Positions 24,006-38,350 of a stretch of 64,000 nt of DNA are shown piece by piece; within the stretch, counting starts at the first letter, position 1, and every line of letters starts with the position of its first letter. Position numbers and translations under genes: made by a program. The stretch is from Balanoglossus misakiensis (taxonomy: Eukaryota > Animalia > Hemichordata). The stretch lies in the NCBI GenBank assembly GCA_040954595.2, contig CM082592.2, positions 6,993,677-7,057,676 on the forward strand. Reading direction: 5' to 3'. The notes under the pieces were generated by a model, which was not told the origin of the DNA, did no database searches, and saw nothing but the letters and a program-made list of their open reading frames with translations.

Positions 24006-27000
24006 ATTATCAACCCATGGTGGCGAAAGTGAGATAGGGGCATCTGACATCATTTCTGACAACAAAAGTGGAATGCGTATAGGGCCTACAACCAGACGAT
24101 TGCGTTTAGCTTTACGTAAATGATTGAAATCAAGATGTGCTTTAAATGAAATGTCTAATGCAAAATAGCGGCACTGGTCTAATATTTTTCCTGGCCCGTC
24201 CTGCTCGAGTTCGGCATTGATATCCAACCGACTATTTGTTATCGTCGGTGTATATTAGCAGATAATTACTTTTGTGCCATTTCTAGCATGTTTACACCAA
24301 TTTAATGCTTGTTCCGACATCTTTTCGTAACCGAATGTCATAACTCGTAAGGCCTTTCATTGATCACCGCTCAAACGCTGGCTTTTCCATTGCATGTTCG
24401 ACCATTGGAAATCGCCCCAGGCTGGGCAATGATAATATCTCGCTGCTACCAGCTTAATTTGGGCACCTCATCAAAGATTTATGCCACTCACTAATGTAGA
24501 GCTAACTAAACTCGTTTGAATAATGGTAGTTTCGTTTTAACTTGCTAAAGTATTACATATTGAACGTAACGGGTAAGTATGAAGCCTGATATAGCCTAGG
24601 CCGCGGTGCCGGCGGAGCCCGGGCGCGCACGGAGCGACGCGACGTCGTCGGCCATATCGACGGCATTTGTTATTATTCAACTGTGCTAAGCACCGGGGCG
24701 CGATTGAATGAGTGTGATGGGGGAAAATCGTCACTGAAAGTGCTCTTCGACCGAAGATGCACGGAGCTCTTGTTTTAGCGGAATGAAAAACATAAAACGC
24801 AGGTGTAAACTGGTGCTCCGCCTCCAGCCCGACTCGAGGGCGCCAAGGCCAAGCGACCCCGTCTCCACTTGACTTGACCACCAGCCAATCAGGTGCGCCA
24901 ATGTAAACCAGCGCTTGCCCTTTTCATTTTCCCCGTGCACTGTCGTCTGAAGACGTCACTCACTCGGTGTGGCCACCGTGCGAGCGAGCAGCAATGCGCG
25001 ATCAGTGTCTTTGTTCAATAGACTGAAAAAAGGAGGTAAAGATAATCCAATTAAGGGACAAGAATGGTGAGCTTGTTAGAAAACCCTTGCTTTCTAAGAG
25101 TGAATGGAACGTCTTTTGTGGCGAAGTGGTTTCGCGGATGTTTGTTTTCCACCGATCGGTTGAATTTTGTTTCGCAATTTTAACATGTTCTAGGTTCGCG
25201 TGTTTCAAACGACTGTTTACAGTGATCAGGTTTATCAGTGACGAGAAAACCTGTCGGAATTTCATCGTGTGTTCCCGCGGTAAATTAATTTCTGCGCGTT
25301 TGAAATTCTAATTTCCAGGCTCATTGGTAATCACGGACGTGAGGTTCGGCCACTTCCCCCCCCCCCCCGTTGTATATAGGGCTTCGTGGCTTACCTGACG
25401 GAGACCACAGTCGAGTCCGTTCAGACTAGCCGTCTAACACATGTCTATAAAAGCGATCATTTCCCATCGATTTTGTCTAAAAGCGAAACAATAGGACGGT
25501 GAAACAATAGAATGGGACAGGAAAGAGAGTGGAGATTGTTGAATGCAGTGAAAGGCATGGTTGAAAATTAGCTATTTACTCAAGGGTTGTTAACAGTGGG
25601 CGGGTTAGCCAAACGTCTTCCTTTGAGCTGTTAATCATCCTTGGTTCGACATTATCATGTTTCTGTTAGTCTAATTTGGAACAAAAATGTTTGTAAATAA
25701 CGACCAATTTTGCTTGCGCAATATCAGTGACTGGTTATTTGAAATGACAGCAGTTGTACCTGGTGATGATTTTTATAGAAATGTTCTCTTGTATTGACTG
25801 CGGTTTCCGCGTCACTCAGACTATTCTATTAGTCATGACAGGTTGCCGAGATATTGCTGAAAGTTGAAGGCAGCCATCTTGTCGGCGAACAGATCTTTAG
25901 CGCGATTTCATATTTGGGGGGGGGGGGGGGCAAATCTAGCGTTGAGGACATTGTGTGCAACATGAACGACATACTGAATTGAAATCCCGGCAAAATACAT
26001 AAACTGGTGAAGGATTCAGTTAGTTTCACGCGAAGGAAGGAAATGATTGCCTCTGAGCAATAATTTGCGACCAACCCAAATTATTTCTGTCAAAGTAGGC
26101 TACGCCCTCTATGGTCAGATGCCCGCCATCACCATTTTACGGGAGACAACTTTCTTGTCACCCATTAAATTGAAAGAAACAGTAGACTATAGCTTCAACA
26201 ACTGTTCAGTATTTGTGTGCGAGCTCCTTTCTTATTGGAAGTTTACACCCTAACAGAAACGTCCCAGTTGAATTTGACAAGCTTTTCGTGATCTATGTAA
26301 AAAAATCGTTTTCATATTTAAATGTGTCTATATCTTAACTGTGAAAGATATCCCCGCGTAAAAAAAATTGATATCAGATTTAATCAGAACTTAAAATACA
26401 GAGCAAAATTTCGCGTATAGTGAGAGTATTGGCGAGGCGTTCGGGATGTGGTTTAGAGTTTGCGTATACGACAAATCAAACATGGGGGCGTTTATGACTT
26501 GCGTCGGTTACCGAAGATCTGCGCTCGTACAGACACTGAGCTAGCGCGCGAGCATACACATCTCCGACGGGTTCCCGCCGCGGATTCACAGATGCGGCCG
26601 CCGTGAACCTACACCAGGGGCTTTACCACCAGCCAAACACGCTGTGCCACTCGAAAATTAAGTCCACGTCATACCCGAAAGGCGCGTTTTGATTCACACG
26701 AAATATTGCACGTTGGGTTTGTAGTGAATGTCATTGATCGATCGGCGTATGGTTGTTAATTCCATAGGAAAAAAACTGTATCTTGTCACGAATACTCTTG
26801 TTTAATTCTTGTTCGTGGTTCGCCGAAGGCCTCGTCCTCTCTCAACTGTCAAATACTTCTTACTGCCAAGTACATTGTATACATGTAGGACTATCTCATG
26901 TTACAACCTGACATGAATATTATCTAAATGTTTCATAGAGTTATCACATCATAGTTTTTTTTCGTGCGGGACCGAGAAAAGTTGTCGGTAGTCAGTCTAT

Positions 27001-30000
27001 CCTGGGTTCGGTTTACCCGCGCGTGGCAAAACTGGCGAGTTCACCAGAGGATATTGAGACTATTTTGTTTGAATACAACGCGAGATATTTGGAATCAGGT
27101 CGTGTCTACACAATTTTGGACTGCGATCTACTGGCAGAAGAATACAGAATAAAAGGCGCTTATGCCTTAGTCAATATTTTCATTCGTCAGCCAAGCTGAA
27201 ACTGCGAATCTCTGCGCGAGATTTCCTTTCTTAATAACGGCGTGGAAAAAAGTGATGATTTTGAGCTGAACACTTCAAAAACACTCGCGCGTGTGTGTGT
27301 GTGTAGAATGAGTGGAGCGCTCGCTCGTCTATCTAAGCGATTAATTTGCGCGTTTACACGCCTTATTATTCAAGTTGAGTTTCGTAATGATTGAATTATT
27401 CCTGTTGATTTTCGTAATATGAAGCTAACTCCGTGTGCAGCCTTGCGTGATTTGACAAAAACTTTAATGTTCGCGAAATCCCTAGCTACAGTCAGGCGGC
27501 TTTCACTGTCGGTTGTTGAGTGAACGCGGCACGTGTTGAACCACAAAATAGACAATCCATTTTTCTCCTAGAGTTGTTGAAAATTCACATTATTTGAAAT
27601 GTTATTTTATTTAAGGATATCTTTTTTAAAATATAAAAATGAATCAAGAAAAAAATCTGGTCTAGCAAAGTACGTTTGGTCAGGATTCCACGGTATAATT
27701 TCGCGCGCAAACTTTTATCGTTTTGGCGCGATGCAACAAAATCGATGTAGTCTGGAAATGTTGCTCATCACCTTAATTTGTGCACACTGAATACATCTGC
27801 TTTTGACGTCCATCTTCACCTCGACAAATTAATAACGGCATTATTTTTTTTCAAGTCCGGAAACCCTGTAAACTGCCGGTAGAATTAGAGCCGTGAGTGT
27901 CCCGTGCGCGCCGACAGCGAAAGTTCGACGCTCGACAGACGCAAACATTCACATTAAGGCACGAGTGTGTAAAAATGCGTACTAGCGGGGAGACTATGGA
28001 GGCGGCGTAGCGATAACATGCTTTCAATCGTAAACGAGATCTCCCCGCGAGCTCCAATCGCCTTCTACCTTTTCTGTTCATCAGCTCTATTCCCCACAGT
28101 GTTGCGTTCGCGGGTCGGTAATACGAAGTCTAGAGAATATCATTTTTATTCATAGTTTTCCACCATTCCTTCTCCTTTGTCGCCGCCAGAGACTCTTTTA
28201 CATGTGAGATCCTTGCCTCGTGGAAGAAATCTTCCGAATTTGCTTGTCGTTTAACACTTTTAGCAAAATAAATAAAAATTAAGTTCATAAAATTTGAAAG
28301 AGGACGGCGAGTGTTCACATTTGCCCGGTGATTGATTGGGAGGGAAATTGAAGTGGATGCATAAAATGTGCGATTGTCGGCTGCAGAGTGTCTGAAGGCG
28401 TGTCACCTTCACGGCGTGGCGGGGTTTCTAACGACCCGCGCCGTGTGAATATTTGTTAGCTGCACGCTCTACCCTCTAGTCTGATGTTAGGTTTACGACT
28501 CCTCATAGGATATGCTATTTTATAAACCCCACCGCCCCATATTTCTTAGGGGAAAATGTCGGCATTTGCAGAGCGGTCCCCAGGAGACGATGAAAATATT
28601 AACTGTGGAATGAGGAGTCCATGAATGATGTTTTCCGAGCCGAGGAACTCACTGCACTCGCATTCCGTTGACGCCATCACAATGAGAAAATGACAGCTAT
28701 ATAACTGAGTGCTCGCCGCGCGCGCGCGACTTTCGATGCACACTACAATCTGCAGTCTGTCCCAAAATTTTCCAAACTTTGATCAAAATGTCATTTTTTC
28801 CTTCCTCGAAAATTCTTTTCCCAATCATAGGCCCGTGTCCCTGCGAAATTTATGGTAATTTCAAGGTTATTGGACGAAATCCAAAATTTTTATTTTTTTT
28901 TACTTGTCAACGACATTGAAAATTTGACCAAAACCATCTTCATTTTGGACTGACGTGACTTTAAAATCACAGACTGGTTTACAAATCTGTCTTTTTTCAA
29001 TAATTCCGATTATTCAACATGCCACAGATGAAAAGCAAAATTATTTAGAAAGCCGAAATCTTATTAAATTGGCACATTCTGACATGACGATAGCCTACAT
29101 GTACTTTGTCGGAATGCAGTCCACTTACTAAAATAGTTTTCTGTTTTTCACTTTTCGGACCCAAACAGCAGAACATATGTCGATGGGAATAACGCGACAC
29201 AATTGGCCACGGATTGAAACATTATGAATTTCGATGTCGTCTCTGATTTCGAGTAGCAACTCAAGGTGTGTCGATTACTATGTTACCGAAAGTTCTTGGC
29301 GAATTTTCGGGGGGGGGGGGGGAGGCAGGGCCACCGAAAACTCTTAGTCACTTCGACGTTTTTTTTGAAAGGAATCACTGCACTGATCAATCACACTAAC
29401 AGGGCAACATCAAGGCACGGTTTCCCTCGGCTAATTGAGTAGCAGCGTGGCTGCATTGACTGCTTGTCCTCGGCTAGAAAGCCGTATTTGATGATCGAAA
29501 ACATTGCGTCCGATTGGAAATCCGTCAGCTGGGAATAGGCCCTGGTCAAAATGAATTACCAGAAAAGGAACCCGGAGTAGACAGAGGTCAGCCCGTCTTA
29601 ATAAAGCTTTTATTTATTAATAAAGTTGACGGTTCAATATAAAAACTCATCGACAATGTCATCACATGGACGTCGATAAGCGTGGTCGGGAAGCGATAGC
29701 TTTCACACGGTTTATTTTAAGGCAAAGCTGCCGAGTCGAAATGCTCAAGCTCACGAATGACGACATCAGCGGATCAATCTTATTGTCATTGTGGTTAACA
29801 GGAGCGGGCCTCCTAACTTGCTCCTTTTTTTTCCTTCCGTCTCTGTCTTTTGATAATTGGCGCGACGGCGGGAGTGCGCGCACGGCAACGACGCGTTGTC
29901 AGCGCCGTTGACAGTACCTTTCCTAACATTGGCTCAAAAGCTTGTCAGCTTGCGCCGATTGTCTGAAGCATCTCAATAATGCGACTTATTTGTAGATTTA

Positions 30001-32665
30001 AAAGCAATCGAAGTAATGATTGATACGAAAAAAATCAAAAATGAAAACAAACGAAACCTTCAAGTTGGCAGTCATGGTTAAAGACACGTGCATTCTGAAT
30101 CTAGAATGATTTCCCGGTTCATTTTTACAATCTTATTATTGAAGAGGGAAAATTGTTTTTGCTGTTTACCAGGACTCATGTGACATCTTTGCTTCAAAGC
30201 TGAAAAACGCGATTTAAGTTGAAACGCAAAGTCAATTGAAATGTTTTCTCACAGTGAATGGTCGTCAGTCAATGTATTTTCCCGCCTCCCGGGCATGTCG
30301 TCTGCCAAAATGGGCGCTCATCAAACGGATTAAAAACCACCCTGTAGACCCCAATATCTTTCAATCATTTGTCTTGACGAACACGGATAACATTTTTCAT
30401 CACAACAGCGACGCCTCCCTTTTAGACTGTTGATGCAAAGCAATATGTCGGCTCGCACTTTGGTTATTTAATCTCAATTCATCAAATCAAAAGCAGAGAA
30501 GTATGAGGAAATATTGCCATTTTGATCCAAGAACCGCAGACGACAAGGATAGAGTTGTTTCGTCGACTTGGTCACACCGCCACCGGACATTAACGTCAAA
30601 ACCGTTGTCCGCACATCGTTTGTCAATTTCCAATATGATGAGTGCGACTTTTTCAACCCGTTCAACAATAATGATAAAATATTAAAACTTTTATTGAATG
30701 TGATCATAACAGCGCCGGTTCATGTCAACACATTTAATATAATAAAAAAGTCATTTGACTAAAACAGTCGGAGGTTCAACGAGAAAACGAGCGCGGAGCT
30801 AGGGGGCACTGCAAGTCAACTGGCACTGCCATCACGACACGAGAGTACACGATTGAATAGAAGGCACCCTATTATCGGCAATGTCGTCCGGGACGAACCG
30901 TATACGAAAAAATTGGCGCCAATGTTCCCAGGAGTGGGCGCGAGAATGACCATCTTCGTAAATAAGAAATGTTCGCTCGGCGTTTCTTGAATGAATGAAC
31001 GAGCGAGAACAAGGCATTGACTGAAAGGATGGAAGTTTGAGTCTCGACGTTCAAAATCCGACGATTTTTTTTTGCGGATGAAGATTTTTCGTCGTTCGAC
31101 TGACAAGCAGAAAGATTTCAGTCGCGATCAATGGCGCCGGGGCTGCAGTAAACGGTCCCATTGTTTGTCGACATATACTGTCCTGAAGGCATTTCGAAAT
31201 GTCACGAGGATGGGGATGACAGAAACAAAGGCACAAACTAGACACGAGGGACAACGTTTTTTTCTCTCCAGTACACACCTATAAGCTTACCTGGTATTCA
31301 TGTGTAAGACATTTTGATGTCTGTATATTTGGGAATCAACAGGATTATGCAGTTGATTGGCTGATCTCTTATTTACATTTTCCTAGGCCTACACATTTTT
31401 AAATACAGTATTTACATCGCACTCGTCAATGGGAGTGGAAATTTTGTAGAGGCTCAAATATGGTCCATGTAGTGTTTAGATAAAAAGGTAATTCAAAGTA
31501 TTCGAGAAGATTTAAAAAGACGTTAACCTTGTGATATACAAACGAACAAGAAATTTAAGCCCGCAAATTATATCCCATCCTCGCAGTAAACTTTCCAATA
31601 GACATTCGATAATTCAATTAGCGACGTAACCCACGGCGATGTTGTTACCATGTACCGCGGAAATGGAAAATATGGATAAAAAACTGCGACGTTAACATTT
31701 TAGTCCGTTTATTGGTGAGTTTGAGTTTCTGTGGAAACTCAAGTGTCTTCGAACATAAGACAGGCGTAGTAACAATATACGATAAACGGATAACGGGATG
31801 AGCCATCCTGATCCAAAAATAGAACGGTCACTCCCCCCAGAAACAACAGACTGAACTGCTCGAGCGCAAAGGAAAAGTTTTTAGAGGGGGGTAGAAGCTA
31901 GCCTCACAACTCATCGCACTTTCCAGTGTTTAATGTGAAATAATATTTGTATTTTGAATCTGAAACATCACTCCCCGGTGGAAAATTCCACACTTCGCCA
32001 GAAACGGTTCTGGTCTTGGTTTCGAGTTGGGAAACTATTTGCCCCTTTTTTCGAGGCACTTTCCCTACGCCCTGTTATGAACAGGCTGTGGTGTGTAGCC
32101 TCTAGACTTTCTCCGATAGCTTGGGCGCACATAGACGGTTTGCGAACTGGAGCACACCTGCGATTGTGCTTGCGTGTAGCAATATACCGCAGGGGAGGGA
32201 GAGGAAGGATAAACAATAGGGTGAACAAGTAAGGAACTCTCCATCCATTGAATCGTGGATACATGCCAGTTGTGACACGCGACGACGTTACAGTCATAAA
32301 AACCCTGTTATTCATCAATACATGTCAACGTCAGTACACGTTTAGCCATGCAAAGTGGCTGCCCGGTTCTCTGGACCATGAATGAAAAATGACCGACTCA
32401 TTTCGCCGCTTTGTGTCGTCGCCAAAAAAAGCGGACATAATGATGAAGTGAACGGTGATTCCACTCTTCATTTGGGAACAGACACATGAAGTGACCTGTC
32501 CGGTCATTTGTGGCGCGGGGGGGGGGGTAGGGGAACTGCGAGAACGATTAGATCAAACAAGGAATATGGGGGTTGTATTTGGGCACAGTGTCTCAAAAAG
32601 GGACTGTGATTTGGGCGATAGGGTAAGTTTTCTTGGGATGCAAAAGGTCGATACATACAATGAGT

Positions 32666-32676
32666 AGAGAGAGAGG

Positions 32677-32725
<49 letters not shown>
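32666..32725. repeat. Compound (GA)n(GACA)n microsatellite
   Basis: A GA dinucleotide run followed by about 6 GACA units. Confidence 0.9.
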
Positions 32726-34857
32726 GGGTATAGGGAAATAAAAGTGCATTGCAGATCAATAAGGCCCACTTGTCTCTTGATGGAAACTTGTAAGCAGAAG
32801 GTTTCTTCTGAATTTCGTGACTTTTAAATCACGAAAGCAGATAGCTGGCTGTCTTCGAATCAAGAAAACGTATTCCAATGTCAATTGTGTTCCAAACGAC
32901 ACAAGGCGCCTCTGCCGCAGCGAGCTGTTTTACGAGTCGGATTAAAATATCGCGCGAAATTGATGACAAGGTTTCGTTCACACTCTACACCGCCCGGCAA
33001 TATGGATCTGGTCATCTTAGATGAGAAACCTCTTCAATCAGTTTGCGAACATAACACGAATGTCATAAGTTAAGAAAATCCACGTCTAAATGGGTGAAAT
33101 GTGAGAATGTTTTTTTATTCCCCGATAAACGGTGCGCTTTTGTCCATTAAGTGTGCGAATTTCATCAATGATACCTGCGCGGAGAATATCGGGACACTGT
33201 GCGTCTTTCTCGGGGATTTTATCCTTCTCGTCGTCACGTGACGCGGGTACTCCTTTTTGGAAATACTATGGCCTTTCCTTCTTGCGCTTTTAAAAGAGAC
33301 AATACAACATTTATCTAAAAGTGATTTCTCGCGTAAATATAGTTGTTTACATGTTGCACAATTTAAACATTATTTTGAAAATGAAAGTGTAGCAGTCGTG
33401 GTGAGCTTTAGCAGCAAAGGTTGGCATGGGCAACGCGTCAGAAATCTTACTTTTTCGAACGTCTTCCCTCTTTACATGCAGACCAGAAATACAAACTATA
33501 AGAGGCCGTGGTGTTTGACCAAGCCCACAGCTTTCCATTTGGCAGGACACGTCTCTCCTTGAATATTTCATCGAAGGTATAAATATTAATCCTTTCCCAT
33601 TTTCTATGAAAATTTGCAGCTGAGTTTCTTGTTTCGGAAATCCCACACGAGTTTTTGACAAATCGAAATCAGAGTTTGAAAAAAAAACAGGGCTGGTCAT
33701 TCTGATCCTACTGAAATTAAATTTATCGAAACTTAAATACTACTGACTTTCCCCTCAATTCTCGGTTTTCTTTTAAAATACGGCTCCGTTCAACACCTCG
33801 GGCAGCACTCAATTACGAAGACCTATTGCCGCGGATCAAAATTTATGAACTTTTATTCGGGAGCTAATCTCTCTATAGAAATGAAAGAGTGGCGCACGCG
33901 CGCTGCCAGCCCGTTAAAACGGTCACCGATCCGACGTGTGAAGTACTTTGCTTGTTTATAGACAGGCGAGGATTTGCGCGTTGGCATTTGTGTCTGGTGA
34001 GTGTGTCGAGAGGTGTACAATTAACAAACTAAATATCGTGTAATCTGCATGCTGATATTGGCACATGTTCGAGAGGTGGCGGGCGTCGGTAGCGGTGTCC
34101 TATCTAATTAGTTCTACTGATTAGCGAGCTTCTTGCCTCATCCTCTTTTTATTGGACCATGTAAATGCTGGCGAGTTTTATTGCCCCCGGATTGTTCTAT
34201 TTCGTTACATTTCGCGGTTTTGTCAATACATGCAATATAGTTCATTTCGTCACCGGGTTCCAAAACAACGACCCAATTTCGACGATGTTTGCATCTTGAA
34301 ATTCCGTTATCAAAACGATTGTTGTTTTATTGCCCGGTTTAATCTGTTGATTGTCTGTCAGATTAGAGCGCGTGTCCACATGAAGATCAACACACAGATT
34401 AAAAAAGCCTGCAAATATTTTTTGATTGTGCCATGCAGTCGAGGATGCTAAAATCGTCTACGAAAATGCGCGGAGCTGGGTTCGTTGACTTTACGCGCAA
34501 CACGAAGGGAGTCAGAAGCGGCCACGGTTTAGTTTCGAACGCTCGCCGATATTATCTCGGTAACCGATATCGGAGTACATCATTTCGCTGTTCATGTTTT
34601 TCACCTCTACCACAACGTCGACAAACGCCCCCGGGTTATATGGTTTCATGTCACGTGCGCCGAAAGCAGGAAAAAACTAATACTGGGTCGCTTGCAGAAT
34701 TCGATCTGCACGTGAAGGTGTACTGTTTCTTGACGCAGAAAGCAAAAAAATATACTGAAAGCAAACAACCGCCACGAATCGTCAATAATGTTTGGGCGGT
34801 GACGTTGCGGGCTGGCTAAATTCTGGTATCCACCGATTCCGAGTATAAACAAGGGGC

Positions 34858-34925
34858 TGAGAGAGAAAGAGAGAGCGAGAGAGACAGACACAGAGAGAGA
34901 CAGACAGACAGAGACAGAAAGACGC
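34858..34925. repeat. Degenerate (GA)/(GACA) purine-rich repeat
   Basis: gagagaaagagagagcgagagagacagacacagagagagacagacagacagagacaga. Confidence 0.85.
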
Positions 34926-37900
34926 AGGTAGATGGACGGAAAGAGAGGAAGACACATCAGAATCAGAGACGCATTTTACTTAATTTTTAATCTCTGAAGT
35001 TTTGAAGGCCGCTCGTGTAAATGATTTAGAACACGTTAAGCCACGTGCGTGATGAATAACTCTAATGGCTAATTGCCATTATTAGCGTAATAATAAACGC
35101 ACAAACACAATCGAAATCTCAACACTACATGTATTTATGCAATGAAAATAAATGATTTTTGAAACCGACACCCTGCACAAGTCTCGCCACCTGTAGGGTG
35201 ATATTGTTATTATTGTTATTAATCGTTCTGATTGGTTGCGCAATCGTCGTCAGTTGTCATCTTTTTGACACGCAGGGATTCGTGACACAGACTGACACCT
35301 GACGCAGATAGGCACAGAAAGATGAAGGGACAGTACCTTTTGACGTCATTTTCTGTCTTTCTCCCCTCAAGTACGTCGAAATCCCAACACTTGCATCCTG
35401 TTATAATGTACACTGTACTCCGACATTGCCAACCAGTTGAATCAGTCCCGACCGTTTCCAGTAACCATGGTAGCATTGGCGATATCGTTGTCTGCACACT
35501 GTTTAAAAACATGAAAAGGGGCATGTTGTATTAGAGAGATTATGACGTGGAGCAATAAAAGTTATACGGCCAAAGTTCTAGAAAAAAAACACCACATGGT
35601 TATGTGGATGCAAAATATTTACTTTGAACCAAATATTGAATTTTGTGTGAAAAGAACTCTGCATTTGACTGTAAGTTCTGCGGCAGGTGATCATGACTAC
35701 CGCCCTCTTCGCGGAAATACCACATTTCTAGGTGTGGACACGTCTCTTTGCTATGGCGATTTATTGTAGCAGTGGTCGCTGAATGTATACACGCCACATG
35801 GTGAAATAGCACTGTCAAATTACTCGCGAGAGGGCGCTCATGCACAGAACAATCGTACCAAATCTCTCCCAGTCTGCAGCTGGTGCAATTTTCGAAATTT
35901 GCTCACTTTTGCAGATAAAAACACAAAACATGGCATGCATGATGAACGTGTGTACTGCCGTTAAGGTTTTGATTCGAACGAATTTTACTGACGATTCTTA
36001 GTTTCTGGCTCGACATAGATAGGGGCACATGGATCGTGTGTCATCGTTGTCGATATCCTTGTTCACAAAGAACAACATCAGATTGTAAGCTAAACGTACG
36101 AGGTTTTGCAGCGAGGAGTTCTAACGCTGATGAAACTGACACATGGTTGGGGCGGAGATGAGAACGTAAGATGAAAACGTGATCGCTAAATTTACAGGTG
36201 GATGCTGCTGATGGCGCTCTTTACCCCGATTATATCTGGGTTGGTGAATACATGTACAATGTACTATGCAAGGCCTGGGGACTAAGAACTGACTGCAAAA
36301 ACTTTACGGGTTAGATTCAGGGACTATAGAAGAACGCGAATACCAGAAAGAACCACGTCGATCTGTATGACTTACGATCATTGATCTGGTATCTCGTGTA
36401 ATAATCTGGCATTTATTATTTTAGAAATCTCAGTTTCTGTTCACAGAAGCAGCGGTGCACGACGGGAACACAGGGGGAGTTTGACCCGGAGCTGAACAGG
36501 TGGAGCGAGACCGCATTCTCCGGTCTAGCGCAAAAAAGGGTCGTGCAAAAATCAGCCGTTGTCAGAACTTGCATGACCGGCGGCACGTAGCGGCTACGGT
36601 TTCTGGCGCAGCCCGAAAAAAATAACAGGGTCGCGAACAGGGCATTTTAGAAGTCCAGGACTTGTTTTGATTCCCGAAACCTCCCGTCTCAGAACAAACG
36701 CGGGGCCGGTGTTTACTGTCGCCGCGGCAGCAGACGAGACACCTGGCCACACACGGCGGCCCGGTTTGTACCTCGTTGAGTAAGAACAACGGCGCGACAA
36801 TGGCGATTCGTCTCAGTGAATCCGCTGTGGCGAATTTTGTTACAAATCACCCGCCGTGACCAGTGGGGTGTGCGCAATTACAATGACGGCCAGGTAAAAC
36901 GAGAGCTCTAATATCAAAATTACAATATATGAGTGTAAACACGACCTTACGGAGCAATAAATTACTATTTTGGCGATTTCAATACCAGAAATTTGTGCGA
37001 GTGCAAAAAAAGGATTTGTTTCTCACCTTCCACCCCCCCCCCCCTCCATCCCTCCCTCCCCATCCCCTCCGGATCAAGGACACTTTACTTTCAGTCCCAT
37101 AGTACATGTAATATCTTTTGTTCAATTTCTCTAGTGGATAAATACTTATCATGCACCTGTGGCTAGGACACACCGGCCTTCGCACACGAACATCACAGCA
37201 CAAAACGGCGAAGTCGCGCTCATGATCATAATTAAGAATCACAGAGGCAAGCCGACACTCGTTCAAAGTACCCGTGTCTTTCTACGCAATGCCGTTATCG
37301 GATGATCATCAAGGGGAGAAAATAGACATCGGCAGATGAGGAGATTAAAGGGCGCACGACAACACAGGCGATGTCTGTTCCAATAAAACCAGCAATACGA
37401 CACAGAGGGAAGAGCGAATCGCTTTCACTTGAGCCGAAGCGTCGGCCTTTTGATGCCGATCCAGTTCGGCCTACTGCATGACAATAGAATTAACAGTTTT
37501 AATTTCACCGGCAAATCCCGCGCCATACGCGCACTGCCCTATTTTCGGATGATTTCAGAAATTAATCTGTCTTTGAATGTTCTGGGGAATTACTAAACGA
37601 GCCGGGGCTCCTGGCCGCATCAACTGCATGCGAGTTGGTGCAGCGCGCTGTTTTCATTTGTTCGTTTCTGATCGCTCCAGATGGACGGGCCCGACTCGCG
37701 TGTGCACACACAATGAACGTGCCTCGGTGGGTCCAAAACAAAACAAAACAAAAAGACTTCAAGAAGGGCCAAATTCCCTTTTACGTAACACCCTGCTCAA
37801 TTGACCGACAAATCGGGCAATTTGCGTAAAGCTCGATTAATTAGCGTATTCGCCGATCGATTTGTGTAGGCAAAATCCAATTAACACCGCAATTAATCTA

Positions 37901-38164
37901 ATCAGACGATGAAAAAGGCTAGTTCGATCGATTAGCTGTTTCAGCGGTGGTTGAAGTGTGATCCACCGGAAAACGCGGACGTCAGATTGTCGAGGTTCAT
38001 ACAATGTGACGTGTTTCATACCTGATCTGCCGGGTTAAAGCAATACCCGCCAAAGCAAAGGCACAAACAGAGAACAATACCACGGACCATGTGGAGAGAG
38101 GAACAACCCCCAATGTGTGATGAGTATCAGCAACAGCAGGTCACGTACAAAAGTGTAACAGATT

Positions 38165-38350
38165 CCACATCATATCATACCATGTCACATCACATGTTGT
38201 ATTATATTGTATTGTATCGTATTTCACTGTATCATACAATACATATTATTTTGCTGTACTGTATTGTATTATACATTATTGCACATCATATAACATTGTA
38301 TCATTGTGTGATATTGTGTTGTTGTATTCTACTTTACCGAATTGTATCTC
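38165..38350. repeat. Degenerate pentanucleotide satellite (TATTG/CATCA-like)
   Basis: 5-bp periodicity, e.g. catat catac catgt cacat cacat gttgt attat attgt attgt atcgt. Confidence 0.75.
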
